Virus record (IMG/VR): IMGVR_UViG_3300021255_003284
Location: 44,454-108,453 of that record
DNA: 64,000 bases
From: a virus
Lineage: Duplodnaviria > Caudoviricetes
Strand: one strand, 5' to 3'
Shown here piece by piece: positions 18,486-31,200 of the stretch; position 1 is the stretch's first letter, and each line of letters begins with the position of its first letter. A program made the translations under genes and the position numbers. Under the pieces are notes generated by a model. It had not been told where the DNA came from and ran no database searches. It saw only the letters and a program-made list of their open reading frames with translations.

Positions 18486-21305
18486 TTACGCGGGATCCAG
18501 CATCCTGACGCTGTTCGTATATTGCGTCGTGCCGTATGTACTTGTCAGTTTGCATCTGTATATATTTTTCCTTCTGCTCGTATTGAATTCTGTCTGCAGC
18601 GTCGCGGTCTTATTGCCCGTCGCGGTCGAATTGCTCCACGACGAACCGTCGTTGCTGCTGTATTGCCACTGGTAAGACTGGACCGCGCTGGCCGTCACAG
18701 AGAACGCGCACGCGTCGCCGTCTGAACCGGCCACGCTGACCGGCTGCGTCGTGATGACGAACGGCGTCTCCGTAAAGATCAGCGATAGGTTGCCGTTGCT
18801 CTGCGGCGTAAAGGCGTACGAACCAAGTATGAGCGTCGTGAGCACTTCGGCCTGATTGATATACAGCTTGTCGTTGCTCATGTACGCGATCTCCGAACCG
18901 TCCGACAAAAACGACAGCTTGTCATCGTCCATGCGCGTCCTGAACTTGCTCTCGGTCCGGCCGATCGTCAGACCATCCTGATCGAACTGCATGTATGTCT
19001 GAAATTCCTGAAGCGTTCCGTTCGTGTCGTCAAGCGCCTCGCTGAGCTGCTGCTGCGCGTTCGCTACCCGATTCACCTGCCATGTAAAGTCGCTTGCCGT
19101 CTGCTGCTGCTGCGTGCTGAGCGCCTCGAGCCCGGTCTCCAGCGCACTCGTCGCTGCGGCGTTGCTCGCCACGTCGCCGCGCACGCTGTTGATTGCCGAG
19201 TTGACCGGACCGATGGCTGAACTGATGCGCCCGTCGACAACGGTGAACATGTCGTTCCCTTCGTCGTCCAGTATCCTCAGCGCGTTGCCCATGATCAGAT
19301 CGCCGATCAGTACGGATGCGTTGACGCCGTACACCGTTTCGCCGCCTATGTTGATCTCGCCGATCGCGACCTTGCTGCTGTCCCACGCGTCGTCTGTCAG
19401 CACGATGCTCTTGCCGGTGATCTTGACCTGCCTGGGGTCGTATTCGCCGTTGGCAAGCCGCCTGCGTCCTGTATATCCAGAGCCGTCTATGATGACCTCT
19501 TCGTTTGTCGATGTCAGGGCCGCGCCCATCGTCAGATCGCGCGAAGCTTGCAGCGCCTCCCTGATCACATTCAGCTCGCCGTTCTTGATCGGATAAAGTA
19601 TGTCCTTGACATAACTCAGCGTGTTCGCCGATCGGCTGACCGATCCAAGTACGTTGTCGAACAGCGACTTCTGATCGTAGCGGTTGAATCGGTTGCCAAA
19701 CGTCATGTTGAGCGCGTGGTCGTCATAATTGACCGTGAAGTTCGACAAAAACAGCGCCGCCACATCGTCTCGCTCCAGCTCGACGTCGACCAGACAGCCC
19801 GTCTCGAGCTGCTCGGCCCACGCCTCGAACTCCTTGACGAACAGGAAGTTGTCCACGCTCACTGAAAACTCCTGACTCGGCCGCGATATCTTGCGCATCT
19901 GCAGCACGGCTCTGTCGTACAGGATCTTCATCTGTTCAAAGCGCTCGCTGTACGTCATGATATCGGTGAACGTCACGTACTCGTCAGAATAGTTACCCTC
20001 AAATATATAGTTCTGCAACTCGCCGAGTTCGTCGTCCGTAAAATGCTCGCTCAGCGCCAGATCGGCGTGTACCGCGTCGATCTGTTCCTTGATTGCCTCG
20101 ATCTCTGCGTTAAGGTCGCTCAGATCGCTTTCTGCCTCAGCCAGCTCGTCCTGGCATACGCCGATCAACCTGTCGATCTCGTCGAGTGTATCGGCGATCT
20201 CCTGATAAACTTCGATGGCCGTGCCGCCGTTCTCGATGATGACCGTGTTGTAGCTGCCGACCATGTTCGTGTCGTCTGTCGCGACGATATTATCGCGGCA
20301 GCGCTGGTACATGGTCATCTGTATGTTGATCCGGCCGATCTCGCTGCGCAGGTTGCTCGCCTGTTCGAGCTTCTGGTAATACTCGAGATTCAGCGCGTAA
20401 TAACCGTCGCGCGCCGCGTCGACCGCTGAAGCCCACGCGGTAACTTTCTCTCCGAGTTGCGGTGTCATCCAGTCAGTATAGTATCCAAAGTCGTAGATCG
20501 TGTTCGTGCCGAGCGGGTTGATGGCCGCGATCGTGACGTCCTCGTCGCCCATTACGGTCAGCGCCGTGTACAGATCCTCCGCAGACTCCGATATGTCGAG
20601 CGAATTGATGAGGTCGTCCTTCGTCAGATGTATGTTCGTCCGCCGCACGTAATTGTTCTGGTCATATACGTTGATCGTCCTGTTGATGATGTCGAACAGG
20701 ATGATACATTCGTACGCGTCCTGCACGTCGCTCAGCAAAAACGTCAGACAGTTTGTTTCCGTATTGACATCTTCAAACGTCCGCCACTTCGACGCGACCG
20801 CCTCGTCCACATACCCGATCGTCCACAGCGGCAGTGTCTCTACGACCGTTTCGATAATGCCTTTCACAGGCTCGCCGCCTGCGGGCATCTGTGTCGTGAA
20901 CGGGTACGTGCCGTCCGCGATATAAGGGACCATCTTTTGCTCGATCTCTATGTCGCACGACTCGGCGCGCACGTCCTTGTGGCTCTGCCCATTGTCGTAA
21001 CCGTCTGTGACCTCGGTGATCATGAAAAAGCCGATACCTTCTACGAAAATGAGCCGCCTGTTCTGAAGCGACCGGTACAGATTGTACGCGTATGCGTTCT
21101 CGTCCGGATCGTCGTGTTTGACTCGGTTGACGCGCAGGTTCAATTCCGATGTCGCGTTGAAGTTGAGCGCCAGCTCTTCCGCTTCGTGGTCGCACAGTAC
21201 GCCGACCACGTTGGTCAGGTGCCCGTCTGTGTATGTGCTGCCCGGACTGCAAAGTGACATATTTGGCACTTCAAACCGGTTCAGGCTTGAATATCGCACG
21301 ACCAT
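18486..21305 (-). CDS. Tal-like tail hub/spike protein with C-terminal Ig-like domain
   Basis: Follows Dit; INPLGTNTIYDF, central coiled coil, GNLSL then ITTQP...YQWQ...YRC. Confidence 0.75.
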   Translation of the reverse strand: MVVRYSSLNRFEVPNMSLCSPGSTYTDGHLTNVVGVLCDHEAEELALNFNATSELNLRVNRVKHDDPDENAYAYNLYRSLQNRRLIFVEGIGFFMITEVTDGYDNGQSHKDVRAESCDIEIEQKMVPYIADGTYPFTTQMPAGGEPVKGIIETVVETLPLWTIGYVDEAVASKWRTFEDVNTETNCLTFLLSDVQDAYECIILFDIINRTINVYDQNNYVRRTNIHLTKDDLINSLDISESAEDLYTALTVMGDEDVTIAAINPLGTNTIYDFGYYTDWMTPQLGEKVTAWASAVDAARDGYYALNLEYYQKLEQASNLRSEIGRINIQMTMYQRCRDNIVATDDTNMVGSYNTVIIENGGTAIEVYQEIADTLDEIDRLIGVCQDELAEAESDLSDLNAEIEAIKEQIDAVHADLALSEHFTDDELGELQNYIFEGNYSDEYVTFTDIMTYSERFEQMKILYDRAVLQMRKISRPSQEFSVSVDNFLFVKEFEAWAEQLETGCLVDVELERDDVAALFLSNFTVNYDDHALNMTFGNRFNRYDQKSLFDNVLGSVSRSANTLSYVKDILYPIKNGELNVIREALQASRDLTMGAALTSTNEEVIIDGSGYTGRRRLANGEYDPRQVKITGKSIVLTDDAWDSSKVAIGEINIGGETVYGVNASVLIGDLIMGNALRILDDEGNDMFTVVDGRISSAIGPVNSAINSVRGDVASNAAATSALETGLEALSTQQQQTASDFTWQVNRVANAQQQLSEALDDTNGTLQEFQTYMQFDQDGLTIGRTESKFRTRMDDDKLSFLSDGSEIAYMSNDKLYINQAEVLTTLILGSYAFTPQSNGNLSLIFTETPFVITTQPVSVAGSDGDACAFSVTASAVQSYQWQYSSNDGSSWSNSTATGNKTATLQTEFNTSRRKNIYRCKLTSTYGTTQYTNSVRMLDPA

Positions 21306-22136
21306 TTACAGATTCCTCCTGTTGTTCCAGGCGATGGTCATTGAGGCGATATCGCCCGTGACGCGGATCGTATTCTCGCCGTCCATCAGTCTCGGAAAGT
21401 TCATTTTATACATCTTTTGATAACTCGTCCCCGATACGTAATTGACGCCGCCGCGCATCGTGATCGTGGACGAAGGTGTAAGCTCGATAAATTTTGTCTC
21501 CCGGTCTTCGTCGTCTGTGGTGTTGACGATCGTGATCTCGCCGCCAGAATCGCCCGTGACGATCGTGACCTTTGGATAGATATAGTCGTCTATGTCGGTA
21601 TCGGCCGTCAGCGTGATCGTTTCTCCGCCGCCCGCGCCGCCGTCAAATGTGAACGCCTCGCTGACCTCGTCCTGCCACCACCAGCCGCTGTCGGCCTCAA
21701 TGGTGGCGCGGTAGCCCGCGACGCCTCCGTTATATTCCATACGCTCCGCGTTGATGAATCGCGCGTTCATGTATAGCCGTTTGGTCTCGCCGTTGATCAG
21801 CTCGACCGTGTCGCCGCTCGTATCGTCGGCCTTGTCCAGATAAAGCTTTTTATAATCCTCCCTGTTGAACAGCCACTTCTCTATTTCGCGCCGTTCGTTC
21901 TGCGGGATGGGGCCGTCGTAATCCGTGACGATCTCGACGTCGTATGTCAGAGGCGACTCGTCGTACGATGTCGCGCTTAGGTAACGCCTCTTTTCAGCCT
22001 TGTTGAATACGGTGACGCTGCTGATGCTGCCCGACACCATCGTGTTTCGCGTGGTGCCTGCGGCCACAAAGTACAATCCATAACGGCGCGATGAAACACC
22101 GCCGTATTCAAAATGCGATCCGTATATATCTGCCAT
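21306..22136 (-). CDS. Distal tail protein (Dit)
   Basis: FEYGGVSSRRYGL, IEKWLF, YIYPKVTI, FPRLMDGENTI; AAGGAG RBS before ATG 22136. Confidence 0.75.
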   Translation of the reverse strand: MADIYGSHFEYGGVSSRRYGLYFVAAGTTRNTMVSGSISSVTVFNKAEKRRYLSATSYDESPLTYDVEIVTDYDGPIPQNERREIEKWLFNREDYKKLYLDKADDTSGDTVELINGETKRLYMNARFINAERMEYNGGVAGYRATIEADSGWWWQDEVSEAFTFDGGAGGGETITLTADTDIDDYIYPKVTIVTGDSGGEITIVNTTDDEDRETKFIELTPSSTITMRGGVNYVSGTSYQKMYKMNFPRLMDGENTIRVTGDIASMTIAWNNRRNL

Positions 22137-22171
22137 GTCATCGCGCTCCTTTGTTCTTCGTAACGTGGATA

Positions 22172-22203
22172 GGGGAGACACCCCTTCTGTATGGTGTCTC
22201 CCC
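22172..22203 (-). terminator. Hairpin after the tape measure gene
   Basis: ggggagacacc/ggtgtctcccc 11-bp stem. Confidence 0.5.
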
Positions 22204-22214
22204 AAAGATTCGCC

Positions 22215-25200
22215 TTACCGCCCCAGCCTGCTGAATTCCTTCAGCATCGTGTCGACCGCCTCGCGCTGTGCGCGCCGCAGTTCGCTGACCGTGGACTGAT
22301 CGGCTCGGCCGTTTATGATGATGTCTCCCATTGTGATTTCGTTGTGTATGACGTTTGGCTCAAAGCCTGGCCGCGCTCCTTCAAGCGCCATGTCGACGAT
22401 CTTCGTCAGGATCTCGCCGCCATTCATGGCGAAGTCATACAAAAATTCGCTCGCCCGCGCGTTGAGCACCTTCTCGCCGCCGGTAAACAGCTTATACCGC
22501 TTACCGTCCGCCGACTCGAATATCGTTTCTGAACCGAGCTCGTCGATCAGGTGCAGGCCGCTCGTCGCGTAGCGCGTGCCGCTGGCGTAACCCTGTTCGG
22601 CGAATTTCTTCTTCGTAATCGGACCGACGATACCGTCCGCAGAAATACCCATCGCCTTCTGGAACGCCTTGACGGCGTTCGCGGTACCAGCGCCGAACAC
22701 ACCGTCCAGACTTTGCGTGCCGCTGTTGCCGAAGCCGAGCTCGTTCAGCGCGTACTGAAGCGCCTTGACGCCTTCGCCGCGACTGCCGTTGCTCAGGTTC
22801 CCGCTGGTGCTTGAGACCTTGCCGTAAGGATAAGTCTTTGCGCTCGTGGTATCCTGAACCACTTCAGTCGGAGGGGTTGTGCGAACCGGGATGTTCGCGG
22901 GATTGGTACCGGATATGACCGAACTGTCCCAGCCGCCGCCTTCCGGACTATATCCTGTCGCGTTGGCGAGGTTGAAGTCGTCCCACAGTTCGCCGTAAAG
23001 ATTCTTATAATCCTCCAGCGCCTTGTACGCTTCCTCCCAGGCGGTCTTGATCGTGTCCTCTATGCCGTCGCCGTACAGGTTATTCCAGTCGATCATCTCT
23101 TCGTACAATTCGACCGAACCGTTGCGGATGTCCTCGAGCGCCTGTTCGTACAGCGCCTTGGCGTCTTTCTGCTGCGCGTCCAGCAAATCGGTCTGTGAGT
23201 CGAGCTCTTTCTTCTGCAGCTCGTACAGCTTATCCAGCTCTTCCTCAGCCACCTCGATCGCGTGATCGCGTTCAAAGTCGTCCAGCTCTTTACGGGCGTT
23301 CGACAGCTCTTCCTCCAATTCGAGGCGCTTCTTCTGCGCCCAGGCCGAATTGTCGTACGACAGCTGCGCCAGCTGCGCTTCGATGTCTGCTACGGCCTTG
23401 CGCTTCTCGGCCTGCTCCTCAAGGTACTTCTCCTCGTCGCGCGCGTCCTTCAGAAGGCGCTTCTGCTCGTCGTAGAAGGCCTTCAGGTTATTCAGGCGTT
23501 CCTTAATGGCATCCTTCTCGTCGCTGATCTCCTGCTTGAGCATCTTCAGTCTGTAGTCGACCAGTTTGTCCGTCGCGCTCTTGGCCTGATTGTTAAGGTC
23601 GTCTTCGATCTTCTTGATCGCGTCGGTATACGACCACCACTTGTCCTGAAGTTCCTGGATATAGTCGTCCATGTCGTCGAGCCCCTGCTCGCGCGCCGCG
23701 CTGATCTCCTTCTCGACGGCCGCGATCAATTCGCGGTACAACGAGATCATTTTGCCGTTCTCGTTGTAGTTGCCGCGCATTTCGATCTCGTGCTCGACGT
23801 CGTTCAGGTAATCCTTGAATAGGTCGTGCAGGCCCTTGTAGACTTCTTCTTCATATTTGTAGAAGCTGTCGAGGTCGATGATGCCTTCTTCATAAGCGCG
23901 CTTGTACGCGTCGTTCAGCCATTCGAGATAATCTTCGACTTCCTCCGCGTCCATGGCAAGCAGGTGCTGGTGCAGCTTGTACTGCTCCTCGAACCAGTTG
24001 CTGGCGTCGTCTTTGCCGCCACCACCACCGCCGCCGCCTTTGCCGCCGCCACCGCCGCCACGGCCACTGCTCTTGCTCCCGCCGCCGCCAAGGACTTGGC
24101 CGCGCAGTGCTTGAAGCGCCGAGATCTGGCCGTCGAGCTGATTGATAGTGTTCTCATAACTCTCTATCTGGCCCTGTAGATCTGTGATTACGTCTTTGAA
24201 TTCTATGGGGTTGGCGGAGTAGGTATATTCTGCCTTGCTGAATTTGCCGGTGTTCGCGGTATACGTTTTTGCGCTGCCAGTGCCGCCGCTGCCCCTCGCC
24301 GATACAGTGCTGCCCTCGACCTTACCCTGTGACATCGCGTTGATTGCCTTACCGGCCTCGTGCGCGCCAAGGATGATGCCGTTGATCGCCTCGACGATAT
24401 TGGCGGCGTTTGAGTACATGTTTGTCGCGGCGTTGGATATCGCCGTGCTTAAGTTCGTGTCGATTTCAGTTGCCGTATCCGCAGCGATTGTGTTGACCTG
24501 ATCCAGGTTGCCTGACATAGCCTCAGCCGCGGCCGCATAGGCATCGGCTTCGTTCTGCCCCGCCTGAACAACTGCGTCGACCTCGTTGTTCATCATCTCG
24601 ATGCGGGCCATGGCTATCTGCTGATCGACCGCCGTCCCGTTTGCAGCGGACTGAGCGATCTGCAGTTCAGCTTGCGCAAGCTGAAGCTTCGCCTGCACGA
24701 CGGCCTTCTGCGACTCAAGCTCCGCGATATCTGCGTCGATCTGCGCCTGTAACTCCGCTTGCTTGTTCGCAATGAACGCGTTGACGACGCCTTCGTCCAG
24801 AGCGATCTGGCCGTCTGCCGCGACAGTGGCGCTATTCAGTATCTCGGGGTAGACTTCGGCAAATTTCAAAGCCTCATCCAGCGACATAATAAACCCGTCG
24901 GCGACGGCGTCCTGAATATCCGAGAGCGTCTGCATCGCGTCTGTCACAGAATTGATCGTATCGGCGACGCTCGAGAATCCGTCCAGGACTTCCTGATACG
25001 GATCCATCGCGTCGATCGCGCTGTTGACCGTATCCATGTACAGGGTGGAGTAGATTGCCAACTTGTTCGTCTCAGACTCGATTTCGGCGTCGACCTCGGC
25101 GAGCTCGTCTCTGAGCGCGCCGGCGTCCTCGGCCATGCCTTCAAACGTTTCATCTTCTCCGGCCTGATCGAGCCCGCTGAGGAGTTCGGCGCGTCTCGCC

Positions 25201-28200
25201 TGAAGCTCCTCGATTCTGGCCTGCGTCTTCTCTATATCGCTCTGCATCCCGCCTGTCGCGAACTCGGCCCAGGCTTCCGTATTGAGCTTGATGACGCCGT
25301 TCTCTTCGTACAGGTAGTTGATATAGTCGTCTGTCAGCTGCGCCATCTGCCTGATGGTCTCCATGCTGACGCCGCCCTCGGTGCGCATCTCACGCCGCGC
25401 CTGAAGCAGTATGTCGAGCCCGTCATTCAGGCCGCTGACCGCATCGGTCAGCCCAGTGATCGCCCCGGACGTTTGATCGGCATCACCCGTGATCAGATTG
25501 AGCATGTCGTCGAAGATGGCAAGCCGTTCATTATTTGCGGCAAGTTCCTGCTCGTATTCTGCAAGGTCTTGCGTTACGCGCGCATATGACTCTGTATCAA
25601 TATTATTACCGCGCTCGAGTTGTTCCTTGGCGGCACGAGCGGCCTTGATCACGCTTTCAAGCTCTCTGTTGCGCTCTGTCAACTGAGCATACTCATCGTT
25701 GTCCATCAGCGCTTCTTCGGCTCTCGCCCGGGCGTACTCCTCATACGCCTCGGTATTCAGCTTGAGCTGACCGTTCTCGCGGTACAAAAACTGTATGTAG
25801 TCGTCGGTCGCGTTCATCAACGCCTGCAGCGTATCGAACGATATGCCGCCGCCCTCCATCTCTTCGTTCGCGGTCTTGATCAGGCTCGTCGCCTGCTCAT
25901 ATTCCGACAGCGCGGTGGAGAGCTTTTTGACGGTCTTGGTCGCTTCGTCGCTGCCGTTGGCGATCGCTTCCATGACGGATTCGTACACAGCCTTCTCATT
26001 GTCGAGCCCTTCGATCGAGGCATCGACTTCTGCGATCGCCGCGGCGAGTTCTTCTGCACTCATCGTAGCCGGCGTGTCGCCGCTCAACTGTGACTGAAGT
26101 TCCTGACGCTGCGCCTCAAGCTCGGCTCTGCGCTGCTCGACACCTTCGAGATAAGCCTGCTGCCGCTCCTGCGCATATGCCTTCCACGCTTCCGTGTTCA
26201 GCGTGATGACGCCGTTCTCGACCTTCAGGAATCTGATGTACTCATCGGTAACGCCCGCGAGCGCTTTGATCGTGTTGAGGGAGAGCGACCCGCCGTTTTG
26301 CATTTCTTCTTCGGCGGTAGCAAGGATGTCGTACGCGTCGGACATGTCGCCCAGCGCGCCCGTCATCGTAGTGAGCTCGTCGGTCGTTTCCTTTGTATCG
26401 GCAGTCAAGCCATTCAGCGCGGCCTGATACAGTCCGATCGCGTCGGTCGTCTCCTGTATCTCTGCGTCGGTCTCTTCAAGCGACCAATCTGGGGACACCT
26501 GCATGCGATTATCTTCGGTAAGCTGAAGCATTGCGTCGCGCTCTGTCTTCAGCGCTTCGAGCTGTGCGTTCAGCATGTCGATCCGGCCCTGCAGTGCGGT
26601 GGCGGCGTATTCGCGCCACGCCTCGATGTTCAGCTTGATGACGCCGTTCTCTTCGTACAAGTAATCGGTGTAGTCGTCGGTGATGCCGGCGAGCGTCTTG
26701 ATCGTCGAAGCGGTCAGACCGCCGCCGTCGGCCATATCCTTTTCGGCCGAAGCGAGCGCGTCCATGGCGCTTTTCGCCGTGCCGATGTTCGTCGCGAACT
26801 CGTCCATAGCCTGACCGGCCTGCGTCTGCGGCTCTTCGTTCAGCGCTATCTGATAGATCTCCCGCATGCGCAGGAGTTCTTCTTCGCGCGCTGCGATCGC
26901 TTCCAGCGCTTCCTGGTCTGCTGCAATCTGGGATTCCAATTCGGCCCTGTGGGCTTCGGCAGCTTCGTCTTGAGCGTCATACGCTTCGGCGTTCGTGCCT
27001 CTTATAAGATCGAGTTCTTTTTCGATCTCCTCTCTACGCTCTGCAAGGGCCGTCATCTCTTTATCAAGTTCGTCAGGCGACGGCATGGTATTCAATTCGC
27101 GCTGGATAGCTTCTATGTTCGCTTGTATCCCATAGCGCTCTTCATATGTACTCGCATTGTAGAGCTGCCCTCTGAGATTGTCTTGTTCGGCGATTAGTTG
27201 CTGCCTGTACCTAATGTAACCGGCATATTCCTGGGTAAAAGCCTGGATGTCATATAGCTCGTTCTCAAGCTCCCTTGTGTTTACCTCTACCGCGGCCGGT
27301 TGACTTTCAAGTTGGCCATTTAGCTCTTCGATCTCGGCAAGGATTTCCGCCTTGCGCTCGGTGATATGCTGTTGCTCTTCGGCTATGGCGTCGAGATTCG
27401 ATTGCATATCAACATGCGCCATCTGCTCCCACAGATCTACATTCAGCTTCAATACGCCGTTCTCGACGTACAGGTAGTCCATGTAGTCTTCGGTGATCCC
27501 AGCGAGTGCGGAGAGCGTCTCTGCGCTGATCCCGCCGCCGTCGGCCATATCCGCCTTCGCGCTCTCGAGTGCCTTGTACGCGGCGGCCATGTTCTTGACC
27601 GATTCCGCGAGATCACCGACCGTCTGCGTCACATCGCCCACGCCGCCGGTTCCATCAGCGCCGGTAACGTCGCCGTAAAACTGCACGAATGCCGCGTCGG
27701 CGCGCAGAACTGAGTCGACGACGTCTTCAGCCGAACCGCCCAGCGCATTAAACTGCGCGTCGGCTTCGACCATGCCGATGAGAGACTCGCGATACAGTTC
27801 GAACGACTTTTGATCAAGCGGCATACCCTGCTCGGCATTCGTCCGGTATACATGCTCCATGACGACGGCTTCATTCAGCTCGTTGATCTGTTCGAGCATC
27901 GGGCCGATGATCGCTCCTGCCTTTGTATAAGTTTCGTTTAGAGCTCTCCATACGTCATTATCGACGCCAACTTTATCGGCAACGAAATCCATGACTTCGC
28001 CGAGCTTTCTGTATTGCTCAACCATGCCCTCAACATCGTCGGCGAAGCCAAAAGATACCCCGGCCGGACCGAAATACTGCCCGAACTCAGGATCGTTGAC
28101 AAACTCCGAATAATTCTCTTTACCGGTGCGTGCATACGTGAGAAAAGTGAACAATCCCGACCCAAGTCCAGCCTCCCTGTCCTTGCCGATCTCCATGAGC

Positions 28201-31200
28201 TCTTCCGCGTACGTCTGCACGCCGCCCTGCAGTTCGCGCTGCCTTTCGTTCATCGCCTCTGCGGCGGCGATCTGCATGGCTGTCGTCAGGTTGCCGTACT
28301 GGTCTGTCAGTTCTTGAACACGACCTTTGGTAAGCCCCAGCGCGTCGATCAGTTTGTCCTGAGCCTTCGCAAGCTCCTCCGTGGTCGCCGTGCCGTTTTC
28401 CTGAGCCTCGTTCATCTGCATGTACTCATTGTACAGCGAGTTGATCGTATCGACGCTCTGCGCGGCCTCGTCGGCTGCTTTATGCTGAGCCTGGCGCACC
28501 TCTTCGACATGGCGTTTGTAAGCCAAAATAGCGGCTGTCGCGACGGTAACAGTCGCCGCTACAGCAGCCCATGCCACATTCACCATGTGCACATTCGGGG
28601 CTATCGCGCCAACGGTGTTTCTGAACCCTGCGCTTGTTGCTCTGGCCTCCCTGATAATGTCTACTGTGGCCTTGAAATTGTCAACAAGCTTATGATAGGC
28701 TGTTGCAATGACATTGGCCTTAATGGCCACGACAGAACCCAATATGGCGACGATCACAGTCCTCAGCCCACCGACCTTGTCCACAATCTGATCGATCGCG
28801 TTCAGCATTTCGATAAGCCCCGTGCCGATATCGACCACGTCGCGCAGCACGCCGCTCTCCATGAGGTTTGTGCTCAGCTGCTGCCGCGCCGCGTTGAATT
28901 GATTGATGTGCGCCTGCACGCTATCCATGTAAGTGCTGTACGACTCGGTCAGAGCGCCCGCGCTGTCTTTCATGGCGTCCATTGCGCCGCGCGCTTCCTG
29001 GAACTGGTTGATCAGGCTGTAGAACACGTCCTGCTGGCGCGTGCCCGCGAGGGTCGTCGCCAGGGCGGCCTGCTCCATGCTCGTCATCCGGCCCCATTGC
29101 GTCGCGATGTCCGACATGATGTCGTAGGTGCTTCTGTACTCGCCGTTTATGTCGGTCAGGCGCACCTGATAGCTCGTCAGGATGTTGACAGCCTGCTCGT
29201 ACTTGGCCGTCGTCATCGTTTCGCCGAGCTCGTCAAGCTCGACCTTTGTATTTCTGATCCTCGCCGCGATCGTCCTCAGGCCGGTCGAAGCCTTCGCCGC
29301 GTTCTGCAGCGTGACGTTTGCCGCCGTCAGCAGCGCGACCGACTGTTCGAATGTATTGCCCGCCGCGTTCAGCGTCGACGACGCGTTCGTCATGCCTTCG
29401 GCGATCTGCGAGACCGAAATGGGGAAGTTGTTGCCGACGACGATCAGCTTGTCCATGACGCCCTCGATGTCGCCCGCGCCGAAATCAAACGCTTTGACGA
29501 TCGAGGTGATCGCGTCCTGTGCATCCGCGACGTCGATGTCGCCGACGTTCTGAAGCATCGTCGTGAATTCTGCCAGCTTCTGTGAATCCGGCAATGTGAA
29601 GCCGATTCGCGCGAACACCGTGGCCGAGTCGATCATGTCGGTGATCGAAGCGCCGACGCGCTTCGCCGCGTCGGCCACGTCGTCGCCGAACTGACGCATC
29701 GCCGTCGAACTCGCGTGCGTGACGATCTCGAGCTGCCTCATGGACGCGTCGATTTCGATCGACGAGGAGACCATCTCGCGCAGCTCGCGGAACACCATCA
29801 TGCCGATACGAGCCGCGCTGAACATCATCGTGAACGACCGCATGAACTGCGCGAACTTCGTTCTCAGTACGCCGACGGACGCGCCGGTCGTTTCGATCTG
29901 CCCCCTGACCTCCGTAAATCCGTTCTTTATATTCGAAAGACCGACCCGGAATTCGTCAAGCGTTATCTTGCCCTGATCGAACTGCGTTTTCAAATCTGTC
30001 AGAGAAGTGATATAACCCTGCAGATTGCCGTACTCCTTAGAACCATAGCTGGTTTTCAGCAGAGTCCTCTGCATTGCGTTGAGCGTCGACTGGGCGTCAC
30101 GCAGCGCGTTCGTTCGCTTAATAGTTTCGTTCGTGCTGTTTGCCTCGGCGTTCGCCGCGGCGTTCTCGGCGCTCGCCTTCTCTTCGACGCCCCGCAGATA
30201 CTCCTGATTCGTGCTGATCAGGCGCTGTATTTCGGCCTGAAGCGCTCTGATCCGCTCCGCCTCGTCCGGCGTGGCCGTCGCGCCGTTGCGCTTATATGCT
30301 TCGACAGCCTCACCCAGCTCGAGGTATTTATTGCGAAGCTCTTCTATCCTGCGCTGCTTCTCGAGGGTCTCCGGACCGCTGTCTCCGAGTATGTCCAAGT
30401 TCTTGACCAGACCGCTTTGAGTCTTACCGTACAGCACACTGATCGAGCGATTGATCTGCTCGATCTCCTTAAGGGAGGCCTTCTGCCTGTCGAGCGCCTG
30501 GGCCTCTTCCTCAGTCATACTCTTGTTGTTTTTCTGAGCGTTCGCGGCACCCTCAGAGCTCTGCTGAAGTTGTTTGAAATTCTGTGCTACGGTGACGATC
30601 GTGTCGTTGATCTCGCCTGTTTCCCTGTCGAACTTGATCAGATACTCAAGACTTGTACCGAGCGCGTCCTTACCGCTGACGAGGACGGAGGCCATTTGCT
30701 GTGCGCCACCGCCGACTTCGTGCATCTTCGCGACCATTCGATCGACGTCTACGTTGATTTCTCTGAGCCTTCCTACAAGGTTATCTGCCGCTGTGCTTGA
30801 TATGCCGGCGTTTTGCAGCGTGTCGCCTATTTTACCAACGGTGCTCTCGTCGAGAGATCCGTTCATTCTCACGACTTCATTTGCAACTTTGCCAGCTGCG
30901 TCGGCGGCTGTGTTAAGATCTCGCCCGAGCGCTTGCGCTGCGGCCGTATTGATTTGATCCAACTTCGGCGATATATTGTCAAGCGCCTCGCCAAGCTCTC
31001 GCACGGAGTTGACGGCGTCCGTAAATTCCTTTATTGTTTCGACCGACGACTTACTTACCTTTAGGTTACTCAGGTTCGTAAAGTCAAGCTCCGACAGCGC
31101 CTTGATCCGCTCGATATTGGCCTGCCCGATTTTCGGAAGAAACTCGGCAAGGTTGCTGAGGGCGGCTTTGCTGACCTTAAGATCTTTAAGCCCGTCAAAT

